Below are positions 46,882 to 60,496 of a stretch of DNA of 64,000 nt, one piece after another. The translations under genes were made by a program, and so were the position numbers. The notes beneath the pieces were generated by a model, which saw only the letters and a list, made by a program, of their open reading frames with translations, ran no database searches and had not been told where the DNA came from. Numbering within the stretch: position 1 is the first letter of the stretch; each line of letters starts with the position of its first letter. Source of the DNA: Azolla caroliniana (lineage: Eukaryota > Plantae > Polypodiophyta); NCBI GenBank assembly GCA_043228905.1, contig JBHGNT010000006.1:11346001-11410000 (forward strand). The letters are read 5' to 3'.

Positions 46882-49800
46882 GCACATCTATTGCCTGACC
46901 ATCCGTCTGTCCGTCCAATGGGCGGCCATATACATATGTAATGCCCAAGAGTGGTTTGGGTGTGGTTTTGTGTCTCTCGTGGGCGGGCGGGCCAAATTTA
47001 GTCTCTTCTTCATCACCACAAGTAGGTCGTTTTTTATGTTTGGGGCTCTTTTCTCTTCCTATCCTTGTGACTTGTTTCCCAAAGCAATGAATGGATCATT
47101 ATGTGAGTGTGCTCTTCTTCTTCTTCTTCACCATGCTCCATCTTGTTGCTCTTGTCACCACCATATCATTGAAGCTTGGTATGAACTCTTGGTGTATGTA
47201 TATCATCGTAAATGCATATAGGCGCCTGATGCTCTTGAACTTCTTCTTTTTCATGTCTCCATGTAGTTATCTCATTGCAAATACGTAAGACCCCCCCAAC
47301 ATGCGTACCTGCTCATCGCATTTAGCATTGGACTCTTGACTTACATGACATTGGGAACTAGAGAGGGTATTTTATCACCAAGAAGTTTCAATCCTTCATT
47401 GCCCCTTTAGCACAAACTTCATGCATCGTATGTAGGGGACAAAGGGAATGGCACATTTGGCGAATGGACAAAGAAAGAATGGTAAAAGGACTTGACATTA
47501 TCAATAAAGAACCCTAATATTTACAGCCTTGTTATATTCCTTAGATGAGTGAACCCTTTATGATTAGCTATACATATCCCTTATGGTATTGGCGAGCACA
47601 TTTATGCCCTATTTTGTGCTCTTTCTAATGTAACAAGTGGTAAATGTGCTTTGTGTGAATCTCACCTAACTTTGAGGATAATAACTCCCATTGCTAAAAC
47701 AAAGATGTTTAAGAGAGGATGTGTGTGTAGTTAGAGAGAGAGACACACACACACACTCACACGTTGTAGATAGAGAGACACACACACAGTGTGTGTTTTG
47801 GGAGAGAGAATATGAATGTAGGTGTGCAAAATCTCTATGGCAGTTCCGATGATATGGAATGTGTGCGCACACATATTTTGTCATAGAGGCATAGAGAGTT
47901 ATAGCATGCAAATGAGTATTGGGAGAAAAAAATGTGTAACGAAAGGAGGTAATTGATGGTCGATTCCTCTACGTTTTGTTATCCTTTTCCATGTTTGTAT
48001 GTTCTTCTTGTGCTAATATGATGTTCATGGCCCATGCCAGGTTTCGAGTTGGTGATTGAATAAAAACCGATTTGAAAACTTGATAATCATTGTCACTTCC
48101 TTTCGATGTTTCAACCACTTGATCATGGTTCGGTTTGAGTTTTCCTGGCGATTGGGTTTGAATTTGATATGTTGAGATTTTCGATGTGTGTCCACTACAT
48201 AAGTATACAGTATACCTAACTCCTGGCTGACTCATCAACTACATGTGCTATCACATCCTCAATTCGTGTCGGTTCGTTAAGGTGGGACATCTTGCGTATT
48301 TATTTACTCAATAGCTATTGATTGTTTTTATAATTAAGAAAGAGAATTTGTGCATGTGTTTATATATATTATAAATTTGTCTCCCAAAAAGAGTGTTGGT
48401 GTGTGTGTAAGAGAGAGAATGTGGTGTATGTGTTCATGCATATGACATAGCAACTAAGCAAAGGGTGTGTGCAAGTAAATGGAACATAATGAATTATCAA
48501 TGCCTCAGTACCTTGCAATCTTCTCCATGTATGATGGTTCTTTTTGCATTTATATTATTTCTTCTAGGACATTTTCAATTGGATCACCAAATCAAAATTA
48601 AATTGAAAAACATGCATGCACATTTAGTCAATTGAAAACATCTCCTTCTTCCTTCATAGATCCTCTTATGTTTGCATATGATGTTGCAACTTGCATCACT
48701 ATTAGGCTTGAATATGATGTGGCTTCACTTGAATGTGTGTTGACTACTTTATCATTTTGTTCACACGACTCAGACTCAGAGTTTGAATTACAAATAAACT
48801 ATGCAATATCATAAACTTCCACTGAATCATCTTGGATTCATATCCGGAAGGAAACTTTATCAGGTTTGTGTACTTTGTCCACCATGACTTCTTCAAAAGT
48901 AGAAACCTAACCTTGAGCCAAATTACTTAAGTGTTGTCAATTTCTTCAAATCCATCAATTGTGAAAGAGATTGATTAAGATATGGTCATAGCTCAATTCC
49001 GTGACAAAACCTACTTGCTCAACACTTGTCACGAATGATATGTTATTAACTGTTGTGAGCCTAGACTTCGGTATACTAAATCTCGTTGAAAACAAATAAA
49101 ATTAAAGTTGTGTGGCTAACCAAGAAATATGATAGACCCAACCGAATCTATGCAAATCTAATATCCATAATATATACTTGAACTAGACAACTCCACATTG
49201 GATGCAACAAATCATTGCATACCTCAAAATACATTTGTCAAAATGTCGATGCACATCATGTGAATCTAAGACTATGCAAGATATATCGCAAATATGGGAT
49301 GTAATTGGAATGATTCAAACCCACAATGTTGCATACATAACTTGAGGTCACCCTTTGAGGTCCAACATTATATTTCTATAGAACCATTTTGGGACAATGA
49401 AGGAATTTGTTTTTGAAGTTCTTGATGTTTATTACTGAGTTCTTCTTCCATTTATTTTATGTGCTAGGATATTAAATGTTATATTAGTGAAATTCGCATG
49501 TAATTGCAATGGATGTGTACCTTAAGCCCATTCCTTGCACATGCTTTTGCAACATTTTTTATAAACACCTTGTAAAACAATGCCAAAGATATATTTGCCT
49601 TAACTTTTGTGTAATACAACAATTGTTCAAGAGGGGGCATTTAGAGAAACTTTGCAAACATGCTAAAGCTTAAATATGGCACATTGTTCACAAAAACGGC
49701 ATATAGAAAGCTAGTCTATGGCATCAACAATAGTACAAATTTGAGGGTCTCCCCTTCCATGAGAGCATCTGCTAATAACAATAAGTTAGCATTGCGATTA

Positions 49801-50030
49801 GTGCTAAGTTAATCATAATGATTAGTGTAATACTTAGCATTTTGGTTCGCTTTTAATCACAATAACACTTAACAATGAAAAGCAAAACAAGATCTTCCCC
49901 CTTATAACATTTGACAACATAGGCTTGGGAGTTTTTCACAACAATAATTGTGTTTATTAGTAAAGTAGTGTAAGAATAAAGATTGCGCACATGGCACACT
50001 TGGTGTGAAACCATGTTTCTTGTGTTTGAT

Positions 50031-50260
50031 CCTATTATCTGATTTTCATTTTATTACATTCAACAAGGAACAACTTTATATGTTTTCCTATGATCTGATT
50101 TTCATTTGAGTACATTCAACAAGTAACAACTTTATAGGTTTTCCTATGATCTGATTTTCATTTGACTACATTCAACAAGTAACTACTAACAACTTTATAG
50201 GTTTTCCTATTATCTGATTTTCATTTGATTACATTCAACAAGTAACAACTTTATAGGTTT
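50031..50260. repeat. About 56-bp tandem repeat, 4 copies
   Basis: CCTATGATCTGATTTTCATTTGAGTACATTCAACAAGTAACAACTTTATAGGTTTT is repeated. Confidence 0.85.
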
Positions 50261-53070
50261 CAGAGAAGCCAAACTAGAATATATACTTAGGCCCATCACG
50301 TGTCTTTGCTTACATAAAAGAATACCATAAATGAATATTAAACCAATTGGCCTAATAATTGCAGATTATCCAACATATAGTTTTTTTTATTAATTAGTTT
50401 TACTTGAGTGGAACCTAGAAAGTGCTTGCACTCAAAGATTTAAGGGATCATGTGTGTGCGCTTGTCATTGTTTGAGCACTATTAATGCATCATTTGATCA
50501 ACATATAAAATGCACCTTGATACCATGGTTTCAACCCGTGTGTACGATCTTCGGTGCATAGGACATACACACACAAATATATATATAATACACACACACA
50601 CACACACACACACATTTGTGTGTGTTGTTGAATCAAAGTTAAATGTTTATGCAAAGAGAGGTTGAACTCATGAAATAAGTAGAAACATGTGGCAATATTA
50701 TGGTGATTTGAGTATCATGAGTTCATCACTCCAAAGTGCTCATCTCCCCCAACTCCCCCCCCCCAAAAAAAAGCAATAAAGTTTTGGCGTGTTAGACCCA
50801 CCCAAAAATTGGTGAGGCTATTGTACATGGTACTTTGAGATTGGGTTCTTAAATAAGGATATTACTAAAGTGTGTGTAGATGAGAGTTGAGACAAATGTA
50901 GAGGAGATCTTCATTAAAGTGGGTGGTTGCATTTAGAGATATTAAAAGTTAAAGCTTGACATGGAAAATGTTCTTTTAACCATAGGATGGATGATATAGG
51001 TGGGTGTGTACACACACATACAAATGAGTTTGAAGAAATAAAATTGTCCAAACCAGGTGTAAAAGCTTCCAATTATTGATGTATGAGAAAGGGGGGAGTG
51101 TTCATGTATGAAATTTAAATAAGCATTTTGTCCTAGTGGGACGATACACACTTGCAAGTTGGAATGCAAAAAGAGGTATCATTGATGATCTAAGAGATTT
51201 CATTAGAAAAGTCTTATGCATTAAATGATTTTATTAAATATATGTTGGTGCATGTATGTGTACATATGCATACTTGAAAAAGAGAGAGTGAGATAGATAA
51301 ATAGATTGTTAACATCCACAAGCATACAACACAATGGACAAGGTAGACCCCACGGCAATAGTTTGAACTTTGGTGGGTGTGTATGTGCAAGTGAGAGAGA
51401 GGGATTTTATTATTGTCTTTGGAGGTCAAATATGACCTATGCCACCAAAAAATGTAACATTTTCATGTAATACATGTGAAAGTGAGCATTGACCCTCAAT
51501 ATTCAAGAGCTTTACTAATAAATGTTGTAATTGGGAGTGCACAATGTGACTATGATAAAAATTTCAGTAAGGATCGGCTTGGGTCGAATATACATCGAGC
51601 GCAAAACATGCATAGTGGATTAGTCTCATGACTTATACCTCAATATCGCATCTCCCATTGAAGAGAATGTGAACTAATTCATGTGGGAGACATCATGCCA
51701 TGTACAAGTTGCACACTATATTATGGAACACATGATATTATATTATTTACCATTGCTACCATAGACAAAGAAAACTTTGCATTTTGTTTTGTGCTCTCAC
51801 TTTAAGCACTTGTACCATTGCTCCATTAAGTTTTGTCTCTCTTATACCATTGGTCCGCTAAGTTTCTCCGATGATTATCATCTAAGGCCGAACAAGAATG
51901 GAAAGTATGTAACTTTGATTATTGGAAGTTTGCCTTTGGAATTATCTCTAAAGAGACACGAACAATAGTCAAATCCTTCATTTGTGCAGTTTAAGTAGAA
52001 AATAGTACTCATTGTTTTATACAATGTATAATACCCATTAGACTTGGAGTTATATATCTCTTATAGTGTTTTTTACGTGCAACATATTGAGACCCGATAT
52101 CCCTTTGTTGGGGGATATGTCACCAAGAAGAGACTTGCCATTGACAAGATTTTGACACTTGAGAATATATTTGATGCCATGACCAAAAGTCATCCAACAT
52201 ATTGATTCCAATCTTTGCACACTCAAAATGGGCTTGAAGCTAATTCCAACTGTGACTACCTAAGATGGTCACATTGTATATGCCCATTATGGGGCAACAT
52301 TAGATTATAGTATGTGTATGTGTTAATGGCCACATGCATAAATTTAAAAAAGGGTAAATAGTTGAGTCTAGGTTGTATATATACAACTTATTGTAATGTT
52401 TTTAGTGTGGTTCAATAGAGTGTAATTTCTATGTGCCTACAAAATGTCTCTTTGTCTCTCTCTCATTAGTACAGATGTAGTTAGTGACACAAAAACACAT
52501 CACCAATTGTATTGCAAACTATGTCGCTCTCGTATTATTGTTATGAGATGTAATTAGCAACGAGGTTTAGGTGTCACAATGTGACGTATATTAAAGCATT
52601 GTCGTAGAATTTGTGATTGGTGTGTAGAACTACTATCGTGATATGGTGGCTCTTGAGGTAGAAAGTGGACGAAAAATGGGACCCAACCACAATAATAGAA
52701 AAATAAATATGTACACCAAAATACAAACTTGTATTATTGAAAATGAACCAACAATGGCAACAACAACATCAACATACAAATTAGTTATAGAGTTGGTTAT
52801 ATTGTGGTGTCCCTTTCATGCAAGAGCATGCATTTGAACACACCACTCTTTTAGCCACTCCCGTTTAGCACATCACCCATTTTAGCCCACCCTTTTAGCA
52901 CATCATTTTGGGACACGTGTAGCTAGGCCGTCCCAAAATGGGTTCTTTGTATCTTCTATATATTGAATGATAAGTATGAAGCTAGCTAGGTTGGTTTGGT
53001 TTCCTTTTATGTGCATTTCACATAATTGGTGGAGAAGCGGGCTCAAATTTTAGCCACTACTACATTGTTC

Positions 53071-54039
53071 ATGGCATCCCAATTCCCTTCCGCCGCTTCC
53101 AACGTCGATACCCCGATGGAGCCTGAGTTCTCGCAACCTCACGCACGACCTCCCCCTTTCCAAATGGAGCAGCTCTTGGAACTCGTCTCCAACACCATGC
53201 TTCAAATCAGCCATACGAATCAAGCTATGCTTTCCTTCCTCTTCGCTCACAACGACCGTGTGCAAGATCGTCTAGATTCCAAGGTGCGCCCGAAGTCCTT
53301 CTCCGGATTGCCTTCTGAGGATGTCTTAGCTTGGTTGGATCATTTTGAGATGATCTCTAGTTACCATCGATGGTCCGACGAGCGCAAAGCTTTGGAAGTT
53401 CGTACCCTGCTCGAAAACGTCACCGCCACCTGGTATGTCCAACAATCAAGCGACGTGATCGAGAATTGGGTGATCCTTCGGGATCTCCTCGTACAAAACT
53501 TCGCCCATCAAAATTCAGCCCAAACGGCGTTACAACAACTCGAAACATTGCAACAACAAGCACATGAACCCGTGGGCCAATTTGGTGTTCGCCTTAATCA
53601 ACTCCTTATTCGTGCTGACCCTACCATGCCCGAGCATGTGAAGCTTTTCTTCTTATGGCCTTGTCTGCGCCACGACATCACTCGCCGCGCTCGGGACCAA
53701 GGTCCGCAGACATTCAACGACGCCATCCTCATCGCCCAACGAATTGAAGCTTGTACATTATCTGACACCCAACTTCGTTGGCCCCATCCATCAGCCACTG
53801 ACTCACGTGCCCAATACCAAGGCGCGGCCCCCATGGACATTGATGTCCAAAACATGCAATTGCAAGCTCGCCGCAACTGTCCCGATCGCGATAGCCAAGG
53901 GTGCTCGAGGTGTTTCTATTGCCACAATTATGGACACATCCGATGTCAGTGCCGGAAATTGCAACAACAATCTCACAAGCAACAAGTCCAGATAACTATG
54001 GCTGACACGGCATCGTTGGCTGAGCTTCCGAGAAACTGA
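53071..54039 (+). CDS. Gypsy Gag with CCHC-type knuckle
   Basis: P.SFSG..SED...WL..FE, APMDID and CFYCHNYGHIRCQC; first ATG after the PBS at 53071. Confidence 0.85.
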   Translation: MASQFPSAASNVDTPMEPEFSQPHARPPPFQMEQLLELVSNTMLQISHTNQAMLSFLFAHNDRVQDRLDSKVRPKSFSGLPSEDVLAWLDHFEMISSYHRWSDERKALEVRTLLENVTATWYVQQSSDVIENWVILRDLLVQNFAHQNSAQTALQQLETLQQQAHEPVGQFGVRLNQLLIRADPTMPEHVKLFFLWPCLRHDITRRARDQGPQTFNDAILIAQRIEACTLSDTQLRWPHPSATDSRAQYQGAAPMDIDVQNMQLQARRNCPDRDSQGCSRCFYCHNYGHIRCQCRKLQQQSHKQQVQITMADTASLAELPRN

Positions 54040-54047
54040 CGTCCGGG

Positions 54048-57000
54048 GTGCTGATGGAAGAGCCAACCCTCCACATCCAAGCGTCTGCCTCTTCTAGTTC
54101 GAGGGTATGCACCACCCTCGCCACCATTAATCACTGCACCCACACCATCTTATTAGACACTTGTAGTAGTATATCTTCTATTAGCACCGCTTTAGTACAC
54201 CGGTTAGGTCTCCCCACATCCACTGCTCCTTCCATCCAAGTCCTTTTTGGCGATCACCAACATCTTTACCACTCTCACACACAAGCCCATTGCACCTTCA
54301 CCTTAGGCACTATCACCTTCTCACATCACTTTTATGTCTTGCCCCACCAACTCTTCCCCCTCACCCTAGGTTGTGATTGGTTCCTCAAGCGTCGTGTTGT
54401 GATTGATTTTGATGCCCACAAACTTCTTGTCCCACATGCTTCCCCTATCCCTCTTCTACAAGATAGCTCCCCTAGCCCCCACCTTAGCCAAGTTCAGGTA
54501 GCACTTAGTCCACAAGAGCGATTGGTCTCCATCCGCCAATTATTAGCCCGTTTTCAATCACTAACCCTCCAACCCACACATGCTCCTACTGTCTCTTTCC
54601 CGGTACAACATGCCATTCGTACTGGGGAGGCCACTTCGATCCACATGGCTACCCGCCAACGTTCCCCTCTCGACCACGATTGCATTGATGCGGCCGTCAC
54701 CGACATGCTCACCAAAGGTATTATCATTCCTTCCACCAGCGATTGGGTTTCGGAACCCCACCTCGTCAAGAAGGATGATGGCACCTTCCGCTTTTGCATC
54801 GATTTCAGGCCTCTTAACAAAGTGACTATCCATGACCTCTACCCGCTCCCTCGCGTGGACGACCTCTTGGATCAAATCGGTGGCTCCCGTTATTTCACCT
54901 CCCTGGACTTAGCCTCGGGATATTGGCAAATCCCCCTAAAACCTTCTGACGCCCACAAGACCACATTCCGCACACGCCGCGAGCTATTCCAATTCACCTG
55001 CATGCCGTTCGGCCTGTCTGATGCTGGTAGCACATTCCAACGCATGGCCAACTCCATTTTTGCCGCCCTTATCAACAAAGGTGTCCTCCTTGTTTATCTC
55101 GATGAAATCCTTATCCACACGGCCACTTGGGAGGACCATCTACAAGCTCTCGCCGAAGTCCTCGCTTGCATAACTAAGCATAACTTGCAGCTCCAATGGA
55201 AGAAGTGTCGATGGGGAAGCACCAACCTCCGTTTTCTCGGCTTCATCATCTCTGGTGACGGAATCCGTATGGACCCTGCAAAGGTAGCAGCCATCAACGA
55301 CTACCCTCGCCCCACTTCAGTCAAATCCTTCCAATGTTTTTTGGGCATGATCACCTTTTCCCTTCGCTTCATCCCAAACCTTGCCTTGGTCACTTTTCCC
55401 CTTCGCCAACTCTTGAAGAAAGGTGTGTCATTCAGTTGGGATCCTGCTTGTGAAGATAGCTTTCGTCGCCTTAAAACCATGGTCAAGGAATCGGGGTTGC
55501 TCGCCCATCCTAACTTTGACCGACCGTTCACGTTGCAGACAGACGCATCAAACCAGGGGTTAGGAGCCGTCCTCTTGCAAGTCGATTGCCATGGGCAAGA
55601 GAAGGCGGTCGCCTTCATTAGTAGGACTCTCACATCGGCTGAACGCAACTACTCAACCACTGAGAAGGAGCTACTTGCGATTTTTTGGTCTTTCCAGTGT
55701 TTTCATCCATACCTTCATGGTGGACAGGTTACGGTTGAGACCGACCACCAGCCCTTGCTTTCTCTTATCCATCGACCTCACCCCCCAGGCCGCTTGTTGC
55801 GATGGATGCTGGCACTTCAAGAGTATCAGTTTACCCTTTCCTATCGGAAAGGTGCAACCAATTTGGTCGCTGATAGTCTCTCTCGCGCCGACTGCCAGGC
55901 TGTCCAATTTCTCCCTGAGACATCCGATCTTCCGATACCATTGCCACAACTCGCTACGCTTTAACAACACAACCCCGCCATCGAACAGATAATCCATCAG
56001 TTGCGCTCCCTCCAACCGTTTCCCTCACAACGACGGTTCATGCTCCGCGATAACTTGGTATTCTTCATTCAAGGAGCCTCGTCTCTACATCCCTCATGCC
56101 CTACAACAAACGTATCTCCAATTTTATCACGACCACCCATTGTCGGGCCACTTGGGTTTCCACAAGGTTCTTGAAAAATTACGTCTCAAGTATTACTGGC
56201 CCAACATGAGACACTCAGTCTCTACCTATATCAAACAATGCGCTTTGTGTCAACACATCGAACCTGGGGGCAAGCCAGCTGGAACACTCCAACCCATCAC
56301 CGTCACGTCACCTTTCGAGCTGGTCGGATGGGATTTCATGGGACCTTTTCCCGAAACCTCTAGGGGCAATAGGTATATCCTTGTCATAACAGAATACCTC
56401 ACACGATGGGCTGAAACTGTTGCCATCCCCGACGTCACTGCGCCAACAATTGCCTCCCAACTCTTGCAAAAGGTAATATTTCAACATGGTTTCCCTATCC
56501 AAATCTTATCTGATAAGGGCCGCCAGTTCCATGGGGATGTCCTCAATGCTGTGGCAACTCAACTAGGTGTCCAACAAGTGTTTACATCCCCTTACCATCC
56601 TCAAACAAATGGCCTCACTGAACGCCTCAACAAGACCCTCAAGCAAGAAATTGCCGCTTACATCGATCCATGCCACAAAACCTGGGATCAAATCTTGCCT
56701 TTTGTCACCCATGCCTACAATACATCCGTACAAGCGTCGACATGGATCAGCCCTTTTCGAGCACTCTATGGACGCGACCCGCGGCTCCCACCAGAAACGT
56801 CCATTGACACCTGTTCTAAACCTGCCAACATGGATAGTGCTACTTGGGGGCTTTATCTCCAACAAATGCTCCCCCTCCTTCGACAAGCCAGCTCCCGAAA
56901 TCTACAAGTCGCACAACAACGTCAAAAGAGACACTACGAAGTGGGTCGAATCACCCCGACGTATGCTGATGGAACCAAAGTCCTTGTTTACTTCCCGATC

Positions 57001-57195
57001 CGGCGGCGTGGTTTCAGTGAATCCCTCATGCACCGGTGGATCAGCCCATTCACCGTAATTCGTGCCATCAAGTCCACGACTTACTTACTCCGACGCGATT
57101 CCAACGGTCGATTCACCTCAGCCCATGTTGCCCGTATCAAGCCATATGCTACCCCAAGCCTATCTTCTAGCACCCCTCCTTCTCTCATAGCATAA
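54048..57195 (+). pseudogene. Gypsy Pol (PR-RT-RH-IN) in the -1 frame, with one premature stop (55962) and a frameshift near 56085
   Basis: LLDTCS, FCIDFRPLN, LDLASGYWQI, YLDE (normally YLDD), QTDASN, NYSTTEKE, WDFMGP, SDKG and YHPQTNGLTERLN. Confidence 0.9.
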
Positions 57196-58010
57196 CACTC
57201 CTTGTTTTTCGGAGGGGGGAAATGTGGTGTCCCTTTCATGCAAGAGCATGCATTTGAACACACCACTCTTTTAGCCACTCCCGTTTAGCACATCACCCAT
57301 TTTAGCCCACCCTTTTAGCGCATCATTTTGGGACACGTGTAGCTAGGCCGTCCCAAAATGGGTTCTTTGTATCTTCTATATATTGAATGATAAGTATTAA
57401 GCTAGCTAGGCTGGTTTGGTTTCCTTTTATGTGCATTTCACAATATACTAACCAAACTAGGGAAAATACCTTTTATGTTATTTACAAGAATAACCTAACC
57501 TAGTTTTTCCAATGGAGTAATGTAAATACGTCCATTATATGACAGTATTCAACACTCCCTTATAATGCCATGGGTGTATTACAAAAGAATCTGTAAATAA
57601 AAGGAATAGAAAAAAGTTCAAATACAACAAGAAGAATGATATACTACTACTTCAGTCATAGTTGGCTAGAAATCATCTCCACACCCATCAGTTGCCAAAT
57701 CAACCGAAACTGGTTGGTTGAAAGACCTTTTGTTATCCCGCTTGTTACATTATCGGCCGTGGAGACCTTCTCCAGGCTGAGCTTGCCCTTGGTCACACAA
57801 TCCCGAACGAAATGATATCGAACTTTGATATGCTTCGAGGCATTATGATGAACCAAATTCTTCACCAAGGTGATAGCTCCTTGACTGTCATTGAACACGA
57901 CCAGAGCTAAATTCGGGTCGTCTTGCCGAAACGTGTATGCTAGCCAACCAAGCCATAGTGCTTCTTTAACCGTGTTGAATGTAGCTACATATTCGGATTC
58001 CGTTGTAGAC

Positions 58011-58308
58011 GTAGCCACACACTCTTAGAGTTTTGACCTCCACGAGATGGCTCCGTGTTCGAATCGGAAGAGCTATCTAGATGTCGACTCTCGACTGTCA
58101 CACACATTACACACAATATGTACACATTACACACACAAAGCAATGAAAAAACGACAGGGTATTATTATATGTAGGGTAGCCACACACTCTTAGAGTTTCG
58201 ACCTCCACGAGATGGGTCCGTGTCCGAATCGGAAGAGCTATATGGATGTCGACTCTCGACTGTCACACATATTACACACACAGAGCCATGAAAAAACGAC
58301 AAGGTATT
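58011..58308. repeat. Local duplication of about 130-150 bp
   Basis: GTAGCCACACACTCTTAGAG...GTCGACTCTCGACTGTCACAC...AAAAACGACA.GGTATT occurs at about 58011-58163 and 58177-58308. Confidence 0.75.
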
Positions 58309-58693
58309 TGTAAACGATTACTTGCGGAAGCGTTAGAAAAACAGAGAAATTAGGGAAAACACAGAGTACGCGGGAGAGACAGAGAGAGCAGAATGTAAAA
58401 GCTATATTCAAAAATGATATATGCCTCTATCCTTTACAATTGTGCTCAGTAGCACTATTTATACAAGTTCTCATGGGACTGACAGACGTACCGCGTACTT
58501 CAATGCTCACACGAGTTTCTGACACTTACTACGAGACTATAATTGCCTAGTAGTCTAAACTAATACTAGGCTTCCGGTTACCGATTGGACCCGGCTAACC
58601 AGCTCCCTAGCTCACCGGCTTACCGATCCGTCTCGCTTGCCGGCTCAAGCTTATTCAGCCGATCCGGCTCCAGTTGAGCTTGCCGCTTCAACA

Positions 58694-59487
58694 TGACGGG
58701 AACTCAACGCTCCTTATACACAACGCTCGGCCACAACCGAGCTTCTTTTCATACACAGGAAACAGGAAACGAAAACACGCGACACAAAGGAGAGAAAAAG
58801 GGTACACAGAATGTTTACGTGGAAAACCCAAAGAGGGAAAAACCACAGCAGCCCACAGGCTGCAAACTATCACTATGTAAGAATGTACAAAACAGTGAGT
58901 TCACAAAGGCAACGACCTCGTGCTCACGATCTTCGCCACAGGCGGCGGTTACAACAGAGGCAACGAGCTCTTTCTCTCTCTCTCTCTCTCTCTGTACACT
59001 GTTACGTGCTCTCTCTTCTTCTTGCACCAACAAGAAAATGACAACAACTACTAAAAGGTTTGCCCTAAGTCATATTTATACTAATATGACTTTTCGGCTA
59101 TTTACAAATATAGCCTCGATGGGCTCTCAGAAACATATTTACGAATATGTCTCTTCCTCCGGTTCTCACCGGTTCTGCACCATCCGGCTCTCCGTAGCCG
59201 GGTACTCCTCATCCGGTTCACACCGGGCCTGTATCATCCGGCTCTCCGTAGCCGGGTACTCCTCATCCGGTTCATACCGGGCCTGCACCATCCGGCTCTC
59301 CTTAGCCGGGTACTCCTCACATCCGGTTCATACCGGGCCTGCACCATCCGGCTCTCCGTAGCCGGGTACTCCTCATCCGGTTCACACCGGGCCTGCACCA
59401 TCTGGCTCTACGTAGCTGGGTACTCCTCATCCGGTTCATCGGCACTGTTCTTTTCCCTTCCCATTCGAAGAGACCTGTCTCCCAACA
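58694..59487 (-). mobile_element. Copia solo LTR G (794 bp) with internal ~59-bp tandem repeats
   Basis: TGTTGGGAGAC...CCCGTCA on the minus strand; TSD CAACA (58689-58693 / 59488-59492); related to the LTR of the 5188 element. Confidence 0.9.
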
Positions 59488-59949
59488 CAACACTCCCCCT
59501 CAAGTTCAACTTAAGGTTGGATCCTAGTGTCAGTCTCTGTGGCAATCGATTCTTCCAACCGACTTCTCTTGGCGTCGCTCCGCCTTGCTTGCGCTCCTCG
59601 TCCGGTCTGGTTCTGTTTGCCGTGACCCCTCTTGTTCTGCGCGCCTCGACCTTCTCGATCGGTATGTCTGCTCAATAGGCCCCTCTCAGCTCCTTCGCTG
59701 CTATGACTCCGGCGCTTATCGATCCGTCGGTTCCTCCACGATGGCATCGACTTCCGCTGCATCCGTGTCTGCTTGGCCTTGAATTGATTCGGTTCTTCCG
59801 AATCTGTCTTTTGAACCGAATCGATTGTCTCCGATTCGTTCTAGCTCTTGTCCGAATCGGTTGCTCCCGATTCGTCTTCTGGTTCCAAGCCCTTCACCAC
59901 ATCAGACCATGTCCGGGTCTTGGCCTTCTTCCTTCTGTCGGCTCTGTCC

Positions 59950-60496
59950 TGTTGGGAGACAGGTCCCTCCGGATGGGAAGGGAGAAGAACAGTCCCTACG
60001 GAGAGCCGGATGGTGCAGACCCGGTGAGAAGTGCTCACCAGATGAAGAGACATATTCGTAAATATGTTTCTGAGAGTCCATCATGGCTATATTTGTAAAT
60101 AGCCGAAAAGTCATATTAGTATAAATATGACTTAGGCCAAACTTTTAGTTGTGGTTGTCATTTCTTGTTGGTGTAAGAAGAGAGTGTGTGTAACAGTGTA
60201 TAGAGAGTGAGAGAGAGAGGAAGAGGTCGTTGCCTCTGTTGTAACCACCGCCTGTGGCGAAGATCGTGAGCACGAGGTCATTGCCTCCGTGAACTCACTG
60301 TTGTACATTCTAACATAGTGATAGTTTGCAGCCTGTGGGCTGCCGTGGTTTTTCCCTTAGTTTGGGTTTTCCACATAAACATCCTGTGTACTTTTCTCTC
60401 CTTTGTGTTGTGTCTTCACCTTTCCCGTTTTCTGTGTATGATTCTAAGCTTGGTTGTGGCTGAGCGTTGTGCATAACGAGCGTTTAGTTCCCGTCA
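59950..60496 (+). mobile_element. Copia solo LTR H (547 bp), same family as G, opposite orientation
   Basis: TGTTGGGAGAC...CCCGTCA; TSD TGTCC (59945-59949 / 60497-60501). Confidence 0.9.

Larger units (their letters stand above)
52803..57442 (+). mobile_element. Compact full-length Ty3/gypsy element (4640 bp), no chromodomain
   Basis: 220-bp LTRs 52803-53022 and 57223-57442 (3 mismatches counted), 4-bp TSD ATAT, PBS TGGTGGAGAAGCGGG 53027-53041 (tRNA-Ala-like), PPT GGAGGGGGGAAA 57211-57222. Confidence 0.95.
52620..58100 (-). mobile_element. Relic copia 3' end (RNase H 57656-58100, PPT, 3' LTR starting at 57554) interrupted by the gypsy element
   Basis: ATSTTESEY...NDSQGAI..KNLVHH..SKHI.VRYHFVRD RH motifs; AGGGAG|TGTTGAA PPT/LTR junction at 57560-57554. 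The left LTR boundary is approximate. Confidence 0.6.
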
